A stretch of 64,000 bases of DNA from an uncultured Gammaproteobacteria bacterium (GCA_964521295.1 CAZFRF010000001.1:334146-398145), one strand, 5' to 3'. Counted from the first letter of the stretch, positions 48,991-60,131 are shown. Translations and numbers: made by a program. The notes: generated from the letters alone by a model not told the origin.

Positions 48991-50259
48991 CTATAGATTA
49001 AATTTTTTGAAGTAATAAGTCAATAGAGTTATAAGTAAAACTAATGCCGTAGCTAGTGATGAATATATGACCTGGTAAAAGTCGGCGTGAAAAATACTTA
49101 TCAAAGTTATTTGAAAAATTGCAGCAATTATTACAAAATATGAAATCTTAGTTTCATTAAAAGATAAGAAAAAATTTACGCAAACATTAACAAGACTAAA
49201 TATTGTTAAATAAAAACCAAATATACCCAGATACTTAGAAAGCATTAAGTATTCTCTTCCTCCTAAGAATAAATTTATTGTTATTTGAGGGAATAAATAA
49301 TAGAAACCAGTAATTAACATACCTGGTAAAAATACCAATAAAAGAGCAAGGTAAAATAATTTTTTGTATTCAAGCCCTAATGTATGTCTTTTAACAAGAA
49401 GTGGGAACATGACCATAGGGATTGGAAATGTAAAATAAAATATTACTTTACCAATAAGTGACATTCCTGCATAAAAACCAGCGACTTGAGGCTCAAAAAA
49501 ATGCTTAACTAAAATTACATCAGTTGAAGTAAAGGATGTCATAAATAAAACTGTGATAAAAGTAGGAACTGCATATTTAAGCAAAGTTTTTGTCTGATTT
49601 GGAATCTTCTTGTCTGATTCATGAACTAACAATATCTTCCTTAAAGGTACAAATGCCACTAAAAACATTCCAAAAGTCATAAAAAACACAGCCCAAAGAC
49701 CTCCAAATGCCCTATAACCCAGTACTACTAATGCTATACCAAATAGTAATTTAAAAAATCCTCCAGAAATATTTAAAAACGACATGAAGTTAAATCTTAA
49801 AAGTCCCTGAAGAAATGCCATATTTAATGTATTTAAATAAAATGTTGCTATAGCAATTGCAGAAATTAATATATATAAGGAATTGTTTAAATTAAGATAA
49901 CTTGCCAAAGGATTTGCTAAAACAGCACCTAATCCAACAATAAAAATACAAATAAGTAATATTAATTTAAAAAAATAAGTATACAAATGTTTTAATTTTC
50001 CTGTTTGATTGGTAATAAAATAATCTGTAGCAAATTTAATAATTATTGTATTAATTGAACTTGCAGGTACTGCTGCTAAAGTAATTAAAGATAAAAGAGA
50101 AGCAAAAATTGCATAATCCGCATACGAGAGATTTCTAGCCAAAAACCAATTTAAAATAAATGCTAGAAAATTTGCAATAATTGAACCTAAAAATAACTGA
50201 AAACTGCCAGATACTAGCTCATGAGCAGCTACTTTTTTAATAAATTCCATATTAACCAA
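48991..50259 (-). CDS. Wzx-like oligosaccharide flippase (MOP superfamily polysaccharide biosynthesis protein)
   Basis: 422 aa with about 12 TM helices. N-terminal FLGSIIANFLAFILNWFLARNLSYADYAIFASLL is typical of Wzx-family proteins. Confidence 0.55.
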   Translation of the reverse strand: MVNMEFIKKVAAHELVSGSFQLFLGSIIANFLAFILNWFLARNLSYADYAIFASLLSLITLAAVPASSINTIIIKFATDYFITNQTGKLKHLYTYFFKLILLICIFIVGLGAVLANPLASYLNLNNSLYILISAIAIATFYLNTLNMAFLQGLLRFNFMSFLNISGGFFKLLFGIALVVLGYRAFGGLWAVFFMTFGMFLVAFVPLRKILLVHESDKKIPNQTKTLLKYAVPTFITVLFMTSFTSTDVILVKHFFEPQVAGFYAGMSLIGKVIFYFTFPIPMVMFPLLVKRHTLGLEYKKLFYLALLLVFLPGMLITGFYYLFPQITINLFLGGREYLMLSKYLGIFGFYLTIFSLVNVCVNFFLSFNETKISYFVIIAAIFQITLISIFHADFYQVIYSSLATALVLLITLLTYYFKKFNL

Positions 50260-51301
50260 CTACCTTTTTATATACCTCAATCGTTTCTTTTGCAGTTTTT
50301 TTCCAAGAATATTTTTTAACATTTGCGTAACCTCTCCTAACTAGCTCTTCCTGAAGTTTTTTATCACTTAAAACTGCTTTTATACCCTCAGCAATACTAC
50401 GTAAATCAAATGCATCAACAATATAAACACTATTTCCCAATACTTCTTTTAACGACCCCTCTGCTGTTGCTATTACCGGACACCCACAGGCTTGCGCCTC
50501 AAGTGCAGGCAAACCAAACCCCTCATAAAAAGATGGAAGAATGGCTATATCAGCTACATTATATAAATTAACTAAATCGTCTGAATCAACAAATCCCAAT
50601 CTAAATATCTTAGGGTTATCCTTTGCTAACTCGTGCACCCTATTTAAATCATGGTTCCAAGGGTTTTTCTTATCATAGTCCTGATTAACTAAGCTTTTAC
50701 CAACCATAACTAAATTAACCTGAGCAGCATTAACTGCATTAATAAGCCTAGGTAAGTTTTTATTTGCTGTAACGTCGCCAACATAAAGAACAAATTTATC
50801 TGGAAGATTAAATTTCTTTTTTATTTTATCCTTTTCTTCCTTAGACAAATTTAAATTCCTAAATTGCTTGCCAGAGGCTAGATACACAACATCAATTTTC
50901 GCTTCCTTAATTTTTGCAAACTTAATTATATCCTCTTTGGAATTAGATGAATCAGTAATAATTCTCCGTGTTTTTTTAAGAGAAAATTTTTGCATTTGCC
51001 ATTTTAATTCTCCTTTAAAACCTCTAGGAAATAGTTCTTTAAAAACAATTGGCGTTAAATCATGAATGGTAACAACAGTCTTATATCTCTTATAAATAGG
51101 TAATGCCAAGAAAAATGGCTCAAAATATGGAAAATGCACCAGATCTACATTCTTTGGAATAGGTTGACCTGCTTCAAAAAAAACGTATTCGTTTTCTGGA
51201 AAATATTCCAAAAGAGCAGCTTTTAAATTTTCTAAATAAAATCCTACTCCTCTTATTTTATGGCCTGTTTGTAAAGGCGAGATATCAATTGCGATCTTCA
51301 T
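50252..51301 (-). CDS. glycosyltransferase family 4
   Basis: EGFGLPALEAQACGCPVIAT. Confidence 0.75.
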   Translation of the reverse strand: MKIAIDISPLQTGHKIRGVGFYLENLKAALLEYFPENEYVFFEAGQPIPKNVDLVHFPYFEPFFLALPIYKRYKTVVTIHDLTPIVFKELFPRGFKGELKWQMQKFSLKKTRRIITDSSNSKEDIIKFAKIKEAKIDVVYLASGKQFRNLNLSKEEKDKIKKKFNLPDKFVLYVGDVTANKNLPRLINAVNAAQVNLVMVGKSLVNQDYDKKNPWNHDLNRVHELAKDNPKIFRLGFVDSDDLVNLYNVADIAILPSFYEGFGLPALEAQACGCPVIATAEGSLKEVLGNSVYIVDAFDLRSIAEGIKAVLSDKKLQEELVRRGYANVKKYSWKKTAKETIEVYKKVVG

Positions 51302-52473
51302 ATTTTCTTTACTATTAATTTAACACAGCTTACAACTCCGTATATAAGAATTATATATAAAATTGGAATCAAAATCACAAAATATCTTGAAAAAACTTGT
51401 CCTGTACTTAAAAAAACTAAATAAACAAACGCCCAAGTAAGTAAGATGTTTATATTTGTTTTATGAGGAATCAGTTTTAATAAATATAAAGTCATAATTA
51501 TCACGTACCCCACTGTTAAGATAGGCCAGGTAATGGACCATTGAGGATCTGAAATTACTGGTTTATTACCAAACCAAACATACCACTTGTTTAGCAATAA
51601 CAATGGCCAAACTGATAAAGGCAATATCAAAAAACTCTTGTGATAATCAAACACCCATCTTTGAATTCCTAAGAATTTAGAAAATGTATATCCAAATGCA
51701 AACACCCTTATATAGCTAATAAGCAAAACAAAAAGTGAGATGGGTAAAGTAATTGTTAAATGAATCAACCTCTTTTTATCTCTCATAAAAAGCAAAACCA
51801 GATACCAGGCTGCAATTACAGTAAATCCTGATATAAAAAATTTAGTCGCAATAAAAAATCCTAAAAATAGATTAGCTAAAGAGAAATTTAGCAACGATCT
51901 ATTAACTAAACCCTTATTAAAAAAATAAAATGTACCTATTAAAAAAAATAATTGGAAAACATCCATTAGTGGCGTATAAACAAACTGATTTTTAAAAATA
52001 GCCTCAAAGCTTAATAAAGTAACAGGTATCAAAGCTAAAGTTGAATCCTTCAGAACTTGTTTACTTAGAAGATACAGAAAACCTAAGGACAATACTCCAA
52101 AAATCAATACAACCATCGAATCATTGTCAAAAATCAAAGTTGATAAACCAATGAGATATTTTCCCAAGGGTGGAGCATCCGGAACTACTAAAACTGGGCT
52201 TGTTCCTTTTATTAACTTTCCACCTGAATATGAGAATGCAGTCTGATCTGGAATGAATCCCTTTGCGTGCTTACTAACATATTGAGAATCTAAAAAAATT
52301 TTCTCAAGGGATTCAAAATTCTCCCAGTATTTATAATCAAAATATCTGGATTTGTATTGATAAATATTAAGACCAAAATTTAAGCAGATGATTATTATAA
52401 AAATTAAATTAATTAATTTTTTATATTTGGAGATAAATTCTAAGAATTTTTTTGTTTTGAATGCCATTTCCAA
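51298..52473 (-). CDS. polytopic membrane protein (391 aa), candidate GT-C / polymerase-like
   Basis: About 10 TM helices with a periplasmic loop near the N-terminus. No motif I can assign. Confidence 0.4.
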   Translation of the reverse strand: MEMAFKTKKFLEFISKYKKLINLIFIIIICLNFGLNIYQYKSRYFDYKYWENFESLEKIFLDSQYVSKHAKGFIPDQTAFSYSGGKLIKGTSPVLVVPDAPPLGKYLIGLSTLIFDNDSMVVLIFGVLSLGFLYLLSKQVLKDSTLALIPVTLLSFEAIFKNQFVYTPLMDVFQLFFLIGTFYFFNKGLVNRSLLNFSLANLFLGFFIATKFFISGFTVIAAWYLVLLFMRDKKRLIHLTITLPISLFVLLISYIRVFAFGYTFSKFLGIQRWVFDYHKSFLILPLSVWPLLLLNKWYVWFGNKPVISDPQWSITWPILTVGYVIIMTLYLLKLIPHKTNINILLTWAFVYLVFLSTGQVFSRYFVILIPILYIILIYGVVSCVKLIVKKI

Positions 52474-53417
52474 GCTGATTCAATTATATTTTTTAAATCA
52501 GAATATTTCGGAGAAAATCCTAGTTCATTCTTTATTTTTGAACAATCAGCAATTAATTCATTTGCATCTCCCGGCCTACGAGGATGAATTTCAACAGGAA
52601 AATCTTTACCACTAACCTCTTTTACCATTGTTACTACCTCTTTATTCGAGTATCCATTTCCTGTTCCAACGTTATAATCAAAATAACCTTGATCTGTGCT
52701 TAATTTTTGCAGTGCAGATAAATGCGCTTGGGCTAAATCTAGAACATGTACATAATCCCTAACGCAGCTACCATCTTTGGTCTTGTAATCATCGCCAAAC
52801 AATTTAAAAGTAGAACCACTTAAAGCTGCCTTCATAACATTTGGGATTAAATGGGTTTCTGGATCATGAGCTTCCCCCATCGAACCATCTAGAGCTGCTC
52901 CTGCCGCATTAAAATACCTAAGTGCAACACTACTAATTCCCCTTTGCTTTGCGAACCAATACAGTAATCTCTCAACCATCCATTTACTCTCACCATAAGG
53001 ATTTTCTGGATTTTTTGGATGGTTTTCTGGAATAGGAACAGCTTGAGGATTGCCATATACACCTGCTGTTGATGAAAAGATAATTTTAGTTACACCATGC
53101 TTCAACATTGCTTCTAAGAGATTTAGAGTAACAAAAACATTATTGTGAAAGTAATTTTCTGGTTTTTCCATTGATTCTGCCATGGAAATATAGGCTGCAA
53201 AATGAATTACTGCATCAAATTTATGATCAGTAAATGCTCTATTTAAGAATTCAGCATCTAAAATATTACCCTGCAAAAAGACAGCTCTTGAATCCAAATT
53301 TTCTACATGACCCTTTTCCAAACTATCTATTACCACAACCTTATCTCCTCTATCTAAAAGAGTTTTAACCATAAAGCTACCGATATATCCTGCTCCACCT
53401 GTTACAAGTATTTTCAT
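52440..53417 (-). CDS. galE: UDP-glucose 4-epimerase (GalE)
   Basis: MKILVTGGAGYIGSFMV, YGESKWMVE (YxxxK), 325 aa. Confidence 0.8.
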   Translation of the reverse strand: MKILVTGGAGYIGSFMVKTLLDRGDKVVVIDSLEKGHVENLDSRAVFLQGNILDAEFLNRAFTDHKFDAVIHFAAYISMAESMEKPENYFHNNVFVTLNLLEAMLKHGVTKIIFSSTAGVYGNPQAVPIPENHPKNPENPYGESKWMVERLLYWFAKQRGISSVALRYFNAAGAALDGSMGEAHDPETHLIPNVMKAALSGSTFKLFGDDYKTKDGSCVRDYVHVLDLAQAHLSALQKLSTDQGYFDYNVGTGNGYSNKEVVTMVKEVSGKDFPVEIHPRRPGDANELIADCSKIKNELGFSPKYSDLKNIIESAWKWHSKQKNS

Positions 53418-55696
53418 ATCTTCTCTAGTATATATTTTTTTAAGTCAAAATTCGATTTCAAATTATGTTGACTTAACCAACCAATTAAATCATCATACGC
53501 GTTGACTTGATTAACATTAATCCATATCCTATTTTTAGGATTCAAATCTTCACTATCAACGTTACTTAAATTATTCAAATGCAAAATACTATTCTGAATA
53601 TAATTCTTGTCTAGCGAACAATCTTTTCCCAAGCAATTCAAGCCTACTTTTAGTCCATTCTGTGATTGCCTGCCATCGAATGCTATTAATAAGCTAAAAC
53701 CCATACTTGTGTCATATTTTTTATACTTATAATCATAAATTGAAAAATTATCATTTGGATACATAGTGTATAACTCGTTCTTAGCCTTTTGCAAAGCTGC
53801 TACCTGACTTGTCCACGTAAGTGTGCTTAAAACAGATACTAGATTACAACCCAAAACTACTACCACAGCTAAAACTGCTAAACCTTTAATATATTTATTC
53901 TTAAAATCTAAGAAAAATGAGAAAACATTTGCTGTTAATAACAATACTAAAGGAACAAGATACAATAAATAACCCTCAGATCTTTCCCCATGGTAATATC
54001 TATTAATAAAAATAAAAAGAAAAAGAAGAAGTCCCAAAGCTGCAAAAACGCTGGGAATTTTTCTTCTTAAAAGTAAATAGAAAAATACTAATACTGATAA
54101 TACTGCCAGTATCATTCCTATCCAGAAATAATTACCCACAATAAAACTCCAGAAGATTGGAACAAAATTACTAATAAATAATTTCCAACTATTAGGAACA
54201 AATATTCTATATTGTCCAATTAAAAAATAATCTAATAAATTTCTGATATTTGCAAAACTTTGTAAAGAATCCCAATATAATAGAGGCGACATGGGGATGA
54301 AAAAGCCTAAAACAGCTAGTAAAAAAGAAGATATTCTCTTCTTAAAACCTAAGCCCATCACAAGCAATACAGCAGGAAGCAAGACTAATAAATTAATAGC
54401 TTGATAATGAAAAGATAAAGCCATTCCAACCCAAAAACCCACAAATAAACCATGGAATATTTTCTTTTTTTGCCATAATAAAACAAAGCTAATTAAAGCT
54501 AAAGCTGAGAAAGTAGTTATAAATGTATGTTGTCCTAATGACAACGATCTTACAACTAATTGAGGCGAAGTCATTGCGAGCAATCCAACAATTAAGGAAA
54601 ATTTGTGTCCTTTAACTAAATTACCAAGATAAAGCAAGAGACCGAGAGTTAGGATGCTAATTAGCTCAAGCATTAACCAAGGTGCGTTAACCAAAAAGGG
54701 CAGAATTAAATAGGAAAGCATTATAAAACAATAAAATAAACCTCCGAAGACAAATGGACCTGCGCTACTAAAAGAACCAACCAAAGGTATTTCGTGACGT
54801 CTGAGTGCCTCCAAAGCGATCATCGCATCTCTTCCATCATCTCCAACCAAACCCCAACGATTTGGAAAGTTCCACAACCTAATAACCGCACCCACAATGA
54901 TAATCAGTGCAGCAAAAAACTTATATGGTCCTACGTATTTAATGTAAGAAACTGGAAACCTTAATGCAGAAAAAAGAGAAAACGTAAAACCCTGCCAACC
55001 ATCAATAAACCCTTTGTGCCTAATAAAAGTAGTCAGTAACCAATGAGTAGGTCTGATAAACAAATACATAAGCATATAGAAAAATTTCAGAAATAAGTTT
55101 TTCTTTGCTTGCTCTTCTTTTATTTGATTAGCATAAAAATTATTATAAAAATCCCATTTTTTTACATAGTGTTTAAAACTTGCGTAAGGATAATGCAATA
55201 GAGCAGTCTTTAAATAACCTACTTCTCCATCTATTTCCGCTTGCTCATGCACATCTTTTTGTGGAAGCCTACCTTTTCCTTTTCTATATAATCTAATCGT
55301 ATAATCAGGATACTGACCGCCTTTCATCAAGAATCTACCCAAAAACCAATTCTTTCTAGGAATCCAATAGCCATTAAATTCCTTAGGATTTTTTTCTAAA
55401 ATTTCTCTGATTTCAGTTTTTAATTCTGAGCTAACATGCTCATCAGCATCCATTTGCAGAATCCAGTCTTTTGTAGCCATATCAATCGCCATTTGCTTAT
55501 TAATATGAAAATTGGGCTTATTTGTTGTAACTTTTACTTTTGCACCAAAGCTTTTAGCTATATCTACTGTTTTATCAAAAGACGTACCATCTACGATAAT
55601 TATCTCATCAGCAATATCTTTTAAACTTTCTAAACAAGAAGGTAAATTCTTTTCTTCATTAAAAGTAGCAAGTACAACAGATAAAGTTTGTCGCAT
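53414..55696 (-). CDS. fusion protein: N-terminal GT2 (GT-A) domain plus C-terminal polytopic GT-C-like domain (760 aa)
   Basis: N-terminus LSVVLATFNEEKNL, IIIVDGTSFDKT, LQMDADEHV (WaaE/KdtX-like GT2). From about residue 250 onward there are about 12 TM helices, with a first-loop motif GDDGRDAMIALEALR...GPFVFGG shared with 57346..58878 and 58875..60131. Confidence 0.6.
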   Translation of the reverse strand: MRQTLSVVLATFNEEKNLPSCLESLKDIADEIIIVDGTSFDKTVDIAKSFGAKVKVTTNKPNFHINKQMAIDMATKDWILQMDADEHVSSELKTEIREILEKNPKEFNGYWIPRKNWFLGRFLMKGGQYPDYTIRLYRKGKGRLPQKDVHEQAEIDGEVGYLKTALLHYPYASFKHYVKKWDFYNNFYANQIKEEQAKKNLFLKFFYMLMYLFIRPTHWLLTTFIRHKGFIDGWQGFTFSLFSALRFPVSYIKYVGPYKFFAALIIIVGAVIRLWNFPNRWGLVGDDGRDAMIALEALRRHEIPLVGSFSSAGPFVFGGLFYCFIMLSYLILPFLVNAPWLMLELISILTLGLLLYLGNLVKGHKFSLIVGLLAMTSPQLVVRSLSLGQHTFITTFSALALISFVLLWQKKKIFHGLFVGFWVGMALSFHYQAINLLVLLPAVLLVMGLGFKKRISSFLLAVLGFFIPMSPLLYWDSLQSFANIRNLLDYFLIGQYRIFVPNSWKLFISNFVPIFWSFIVGNYFWIGMILAVLSVLVFFYLLLRRKIPSVFAALGLLLFLFIFINRYYHGERSEGYLLYLVPLVLLLTANVFSFFLDFKNKYIKGLAVLAVVVVLGCNLVSVLSTLTWTSQVAALQKAKNELYTMYPNDNFSIYDYKYKKYDTSMGFSLLIAFDGRQSQNGLKVGLNCLGKDCSLDKNYIQNSILHLNNLSNVDSEDLNPKNRIWINVNQVNAYDDLIGWLSQHNLKSNFDLKKYILEKI

Positions 55697-55708
55697 AAAT
55701 TGATAATA

Positions 55709-57349
55709 CTAATTAATCTTTCTTTTTACAAATAGCTTAATAAAAAAAGCTAATAGTACAACTCCTAAGGCAAATATGGAAAGGGCATCAGCAAGGAGCC
55801 TTAACTTAGTTTCTCCAAAAACAACCCTAACTAAATATTCACCTTTGGACAGATTAAAAAGCATAATTCCTCTATGTTCTGGATTCTGAAACTCTACATC
55901 TACAATTTGACCGTTGGCATAAATTTTCCAACCCGGAAAAAATAAAGTATTTTCCTTTATTTGCGCATCTTGCAAAACATCTATTTTATATTCATGTAAA
56001 TTAGCGGTTCGCCTAATCTCTTGAATATTAGCTTCACCCTCAATAACTTCTACATGCGCTGCTGGCCTTTTCTCCATAAACCTGACCGACCAAATAGGAG
56101 CACTTTCTCCTGTATCAGTTGTACTGTTATATATTCCAGTATAAAATTCTGCATTCTTATACAAATAACCCTTTGGGGTAAAATAAGGAATACTAACTAC
56201 TAGTACTACCGTAATAACAATTGCGCTAATTAATTTATGATTAATTTTTTTAGCTAAAACTTCTACTACATAGACAGTTAAAACCGCTGTTGTAAAAACA
56301 ATTAAAGCAATAAATCTCCAAGGGAACTGAAAATTTTGCAAAAGAATTATTTTATCCCAAATAAAATTTGAATAGGGTAACATTATAAAAATTGAAAGAA
56401 GAGTAAAGAGAATAAGCGTTGCAATCATAAGTAACTTAATTCGATCTTTTCTAAATACATATCCAGCAATAAATGATCCCAGCAAAACAAACCACTGAAA
56501 TATTCCAAGCTGTACTGTAAAAGCACCTGATCCACCGAAATCCCATGGTCCATAAATTAACCTAGGTATGTTTACAAAATTATTTATATATCCACCTTTA
56601 GTTACGATGTTTCTTAAAGTAAATTTTCCTTCTAAAAGGGCTGGCACCCAAAAGAAAGCAGATAGCATAAAACCTAGAGAAAAACCGACAATAAATTTAA
56701 TTAAATATTCTTTCTTGTTTTTTAAATTAATACTTAAGATTAATCCATATAAAAATATAAATGGAATACTTATTAAACTGATTGCATTATGAGCTAAGAT
56801 CAAAAGTGCTAAAGACAAAGAAATAAAAATATAATTATTAATTGTTTGTTTTTTAGAAAGCTTATAAATAAACAGCAAAGTAAGTGGAATGAATGCAAAT
56901 GCCAAATTCTCGCCTATGTCCCCCCTAACATACAATTCAACAAAGCGATAAGGCGCATAAGTATATAAAAATGCTCCTATAAGAGAAGAATTTCTTGATG
57001 AAAATTGAGATAACCATAGATACATAAATATAAATGAAAGAACCATCCCCATTCCCAAAACTATTTTTACTGAATCAACTAAAGAGAAACCTACGAAATG
57101 AAAAGCTGATGCAATATATGAAGGTAAAGGATATAAAAATTGTAAAACTGGGTGTCCATAGCCCCAATTTAAATTCTCAGCCCACCTAGGGATTATTACC
57201 CCATCGTTAAGTGCAGAATAAAAATTAGCAATTCTGGCCACATGATCTTGACCATCATGGGTAATTGGTAATCCTTGATGAAATAAAGAAATTACAGGAA
57301 TAAACAATAAGATTAAAAATAGTACGCTAAATAATTTTTTTGATATCAT
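55709..57349 (-). CDS. YfhO-like GT-C-fold membrane glycosyltransferase (546 aa)
   Basis: N-terminal HDGQDHVARIANFYSALNDGVIIPRWAENLNWGYGHPVLQFLYPLPSY, about 11 TM helices, a periplasmic beta domain and a C-terminal TM helix. Confidence 0.5.
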   Translation of the reverse strand: MISKKLFSVLFLILLFIPVISLFHQGLPITHDGQDHVARIANFYSALNDGVIIPRWAENLNWGYGHPVLQFLYPLPSYIASAFHFVGFSLVDSVKIVLGMGMVLSFIFMYLWLSQFSSRNSSLIGAFLYTYAPYRFVELYVRGDIGENLAFAFIPLTLLFIYKLSKKQTINNYIFISLSLALLILAHNAISLISIPFIFLYGLILSINLKNKKEYLIKFIVGFSLGFMLSAFFWVPALLEGKFTLRNIVTKGGYINNFVNIPRLIYGPWDFGGSGAFTVQLGIFQWFVLLGSFIAGYVFRKDRIKLLMIATLILFTLLSIFIMLPYSNFIWDKIILLQNFQFPWRFIALIVFTTAVLTVYVVEVLAKKINHKLISAIVITVVLVVSIPYFTPKGYLYKNAEFYTGIYNSTTDTGESAPIWSVRFMEKRPAAHVEVIEGEANIQEIRRTANLHEYKIDVLQDAQIKENTLFFPGWKIYANGQIVDVEFQNPEHRGIMLFNLSKGEYLVRVVFGETKLRLLADALSIFALGVVLLAFFIKLFVKRKIN

Positions 57350-58878
57350 AACTCTCTTTTCTGAACCACAAAACCACTAGGTAAAGTTTTTGTCCACTCC
57401 ACCTTTCCATCTTTAATCACTGTTTCTAACCATCCTTTATAACTCCATGGTTTTGAAGGATCAGGCTCCATTAATAGATAAAAGGTTCCTTTTTTTTCTT
57501 TATAAGGTATATAATCGTATTTTGCTTTTCCATACCACCATAATAAATAATCGTATGGATAAGTATATACTGGAGGACTAAATACCAAGAGACCAAACGG
57601 TTTTTTATTGGCATCTTTGTATATAAAATCTAAGACATCAATTTTACCTCTTATCTTAGCTATTCCACCATAATCAGGGTAATCATAAATTGTTGTTGCA
57701 ACTGCACTGTATATTCCAATTGGAAAATTTATAAAAATATATAAAAGTGCAATTAAAAAAATCTTAGTATTGTTCTTAAATGAACTATAAACTATGTAAC
57801 AAGAAAGAAGTAAATAGGCAACATTTAAATGCTGTAAGTAAATTCCGTAAACCGTATTCCTAAGTGGAGAAAAAACTAAATAAGTAACTGGGATCAAAAA
57901 TAATAGAAAGCTAAAGAAATATTTTAGATATTTTACTTTCTCTTTTCTTATGTAATAAACAGAAACAATAACAATAAATAAAAACACTAATAGATATAAT
58001 GACTGCAAAGGAAAAGTACTACTAAAACTATGTATAAATGAATTAAAGTGATCTATGAAAAAATTTGTTTCATTCACGTTATGATTAGTAGCTTTATGTT
58101 TAAAAATATAGGTAATAATTCCACGAAGACCTAGAAAATCATGTCTTACTTCAAATAAAAACATTGGGAGATATCCGAACACATAACCTACAAATAGAAA
58201 AATGTAGTTTTTAATGTGTTTCTTAAAAAGGAAAATTGAATAAATTAATAAAGTAAGAGATAAAGGAACTGCAATACCAAGCTCAAAGTTATATATAAAT
58301 CCTGAAAAAAATGCTGCTAAAAATGTAAATAATAATGATTTATTCTTCGAAAACAAATAAGTAAAATAAAATGTCAGAAGTATAAAAAATGTTGGTGGAT
58401 TTGGACTCCAGATAAACCTTGATTGAGCAGTGAAAATTGGCGCAATACTAATAAGTAACGAGAGTAATAAGCCTATCCACCGGTTAAACATCTTTAATCC
58501 TAAATAATAACCAAAAAGAATAGAAATTATTCCAAAGCCAAACATTAAAAATATTCCACCCTGAGGGTTTCCATTAAACAAAATAAAAACAATACTCAGC
58601 ATGTAGTAATATAATGGCCCATGAAAAACACCTGAGATTCCTGCGTCCCCCGCTCCAATTTCAGTTCCTATTAAGATAAATTTATGATCTACAACAATTT
58701 TCTTGGCTGCAAGCATTTCCCTTCCTTGATCAAAGAGAAATAAAGGGTTTTGATTAAGCAATTCAACGCAACGAGGAAATATTGCTAAAAAAACAACAGT
58801 AAATGCTATTAATATAAATAAAATATTAGACTTTTTTTTAGCAAGTATTAAAATCCAATTATAAAAACTGTTAATCAT
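57346..58878 (-). CDS. polytopic GT-C-fold (ArnT/PMT-like) glycosyltransferase
   Basis: FDQGREMLAAKKIV...GPLYYY first-loop motif. About 12 TM helices. Confidence 0.5.
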   Translation of the reverse strand: MINSFYNWILILAKKKSNILFILIAFTVVFLAIFPRCVELLNQNPLFLFDQGREMLAAKKIVVDHKFILIGTEIGAGDAGISGVFHGPLYYYMLSIVFILFNGNPQGGIFLMFGFGIISILFGYYLGLKMFNRWIGLLLSLLISIAPIFTAQSRFIWSPNPPTFFILLTFYFTYLFSKNKSLLFTFLAAFFSGFIYNFELGIAVPLSLTLLIYSIFLFKKHIKNYIFLFVGYVFGYLPMFLFEVRHDFLGLRGIITYIFKHKATNHNVNETNFFIDHFNSFIHSFSSTFPLQSLYLLVFLFIVIVSVYYIRKEKVKYLKYFFSFLLFLIPVTYLVFSPLRNTVYGIYLQHLNVAYLLLSCYIVYSSFKNNTKIFLIALLYIFINFPIGIYSAVATTIYDYPDYGGIAKIRGKIDVLDFIYKDANKKPFGLLVFSPPVYTYPYDYLLWWYGKAKYDYIPYKEKKGTFYLLMEPDPSKPWSYKGWLETVIKDGKVEWTKTLPSGFVVQKREL

Positions 58879-60131
58879 TTTTCTTTACCGGTTAAATAAT
58901 AAAAGATATAAATTTCAGGTACCCCCTGTCTCCATTCGGGTATAATTCCTTCTTTAACGATCTTCTGCGCATCAATAGTTTTAAATTTTAATCCGTTTAG
59001 CTCCTTATAGTTAATATAATTAGCTATATTTGTATAAGCGATTGTAAATAACGAAACGATAATTACAGCCTTTATCAATCGACTTCTAAGGCTAAAGATA
59101 GTATACAAAATAAATGCCAAAATAAACAAAACAATAAATCTATTGATTGCAAAATAATAGTCAGTTAGCTCTCCACTGTAGGTGGTAAAAACAAACCAAG
59201 GAATAATAAACCACAGAGCTACTAAATAGCAGAATGCAATCTGATTTCTGGTTTTTGATTTATAGAGTTGTAAAAAATAAAAAACTGGAATAAGCAAGAA
59301 CTTAATAGGAACTAACTTATCCCAAACAAGATAGGGGTTAAATTGTATCAATGCATCACTTGCAAGTTGCAATAATCTTCTTAAATGAAAACCATGATAA
59401 TTCTGACTTAAATAATTTCCCAAAGCATTACCAGATTTGTCTACAAACTGATGTACCAAGTTTGGGATTAGCCAAACAAAAAAGAATGGAAATGAAATTA
59501 GTATGTATTTCAACATTTCTTTAGTCCGAGGAAAAAAAGGTAAGCTTAAAAGAATAATAATTGGGAAAAAGATTGCTGTAAAATGAAGATTAAACGCTAT
59601 TCCTGTTAAAAATGCTAAAGGAATTACTTTTTTAGTCTCTCCTTGAATTACTCTATATAAAAAGTAAAAGATGAGCAAAGAGATTGATGGAATAAAAGCA
59701 ACTGGCCATTGTACTCGATCAAATTGAATTGCTGCAGTTGTAAACGTATTCAAAAATACTGCAAAAATTGCAACTTTTTCTGAAAACAGTTTTTTTGTAA
59801 CAAAATAAATTACCCAAAAAGTAAAAATGCTCGTTACTCCAGCCAAAATTGGAGATGCAATGGGATTTAAATTTGTTAAGAAATAAAATACAGCAACTAA
59901 ATAATAATATGCAGGTCCAATAAATATTCCACTATTGCCTTTTGCAACCATTCCTAGAAGTGGATACTCATGATTAACTAAAATCACCTTAGCTGCCCAA
60001 GCATTATCTACCTGATCATATCCAAAACCATTTTTTATGTCTAATTGATAAAAACGTAAAAACAATTCAAAGAGGAAAATTATTAAAACCAATAATAAAA
60101 GCTTATTTTTAAATATTTTTTTTAATTTCAT
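58875..60131 (-). CDS. polytopic GT-C-fold (ArnT/PMT-like) glycosyltransferase
   Basis: YDQVDNAWAAKVIL...GPAYYY first-loop motif. Paralog of 57346..58878. Confidence 0.5.
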   Translation of the reverse strand: MKLKKIFKNKLLLLVLIIFLFELFLRFYQLDIKNGFGYDQVDNAWAAKVILVNHEYPLLGMVAKGNSGIFIGPAYYYLVAVFYFLTNLNPIASPILAGVTSIFTFWVIYFVTKKLFSEKVAIFAVFLNTFTTAAIQFDRVQWPVAFIPSISLLIFYFLYRVIQGETKKVIPLAFLTGIAFNLHFTAIFFPIIILLSLPFFPRTKEMLKYILISFPFFFVWLIPNLVHQFVDKSGNALGNYLSQNYHGFHLRRLLQLASDALIQFNPYLVWDKLVPIKFLLIPVFYFLQLYKSKTRNQIAFCYLVALWFIIPWFVFTTYSGELTDYYFAINRFIVLFILAFILYTIFSLRSRLIKAVIIVSLFTIAYTNIANYINYKELNGLKFKTIDAQKIVKEGIIPEWRQGVPEIYIFYYLTGKEK

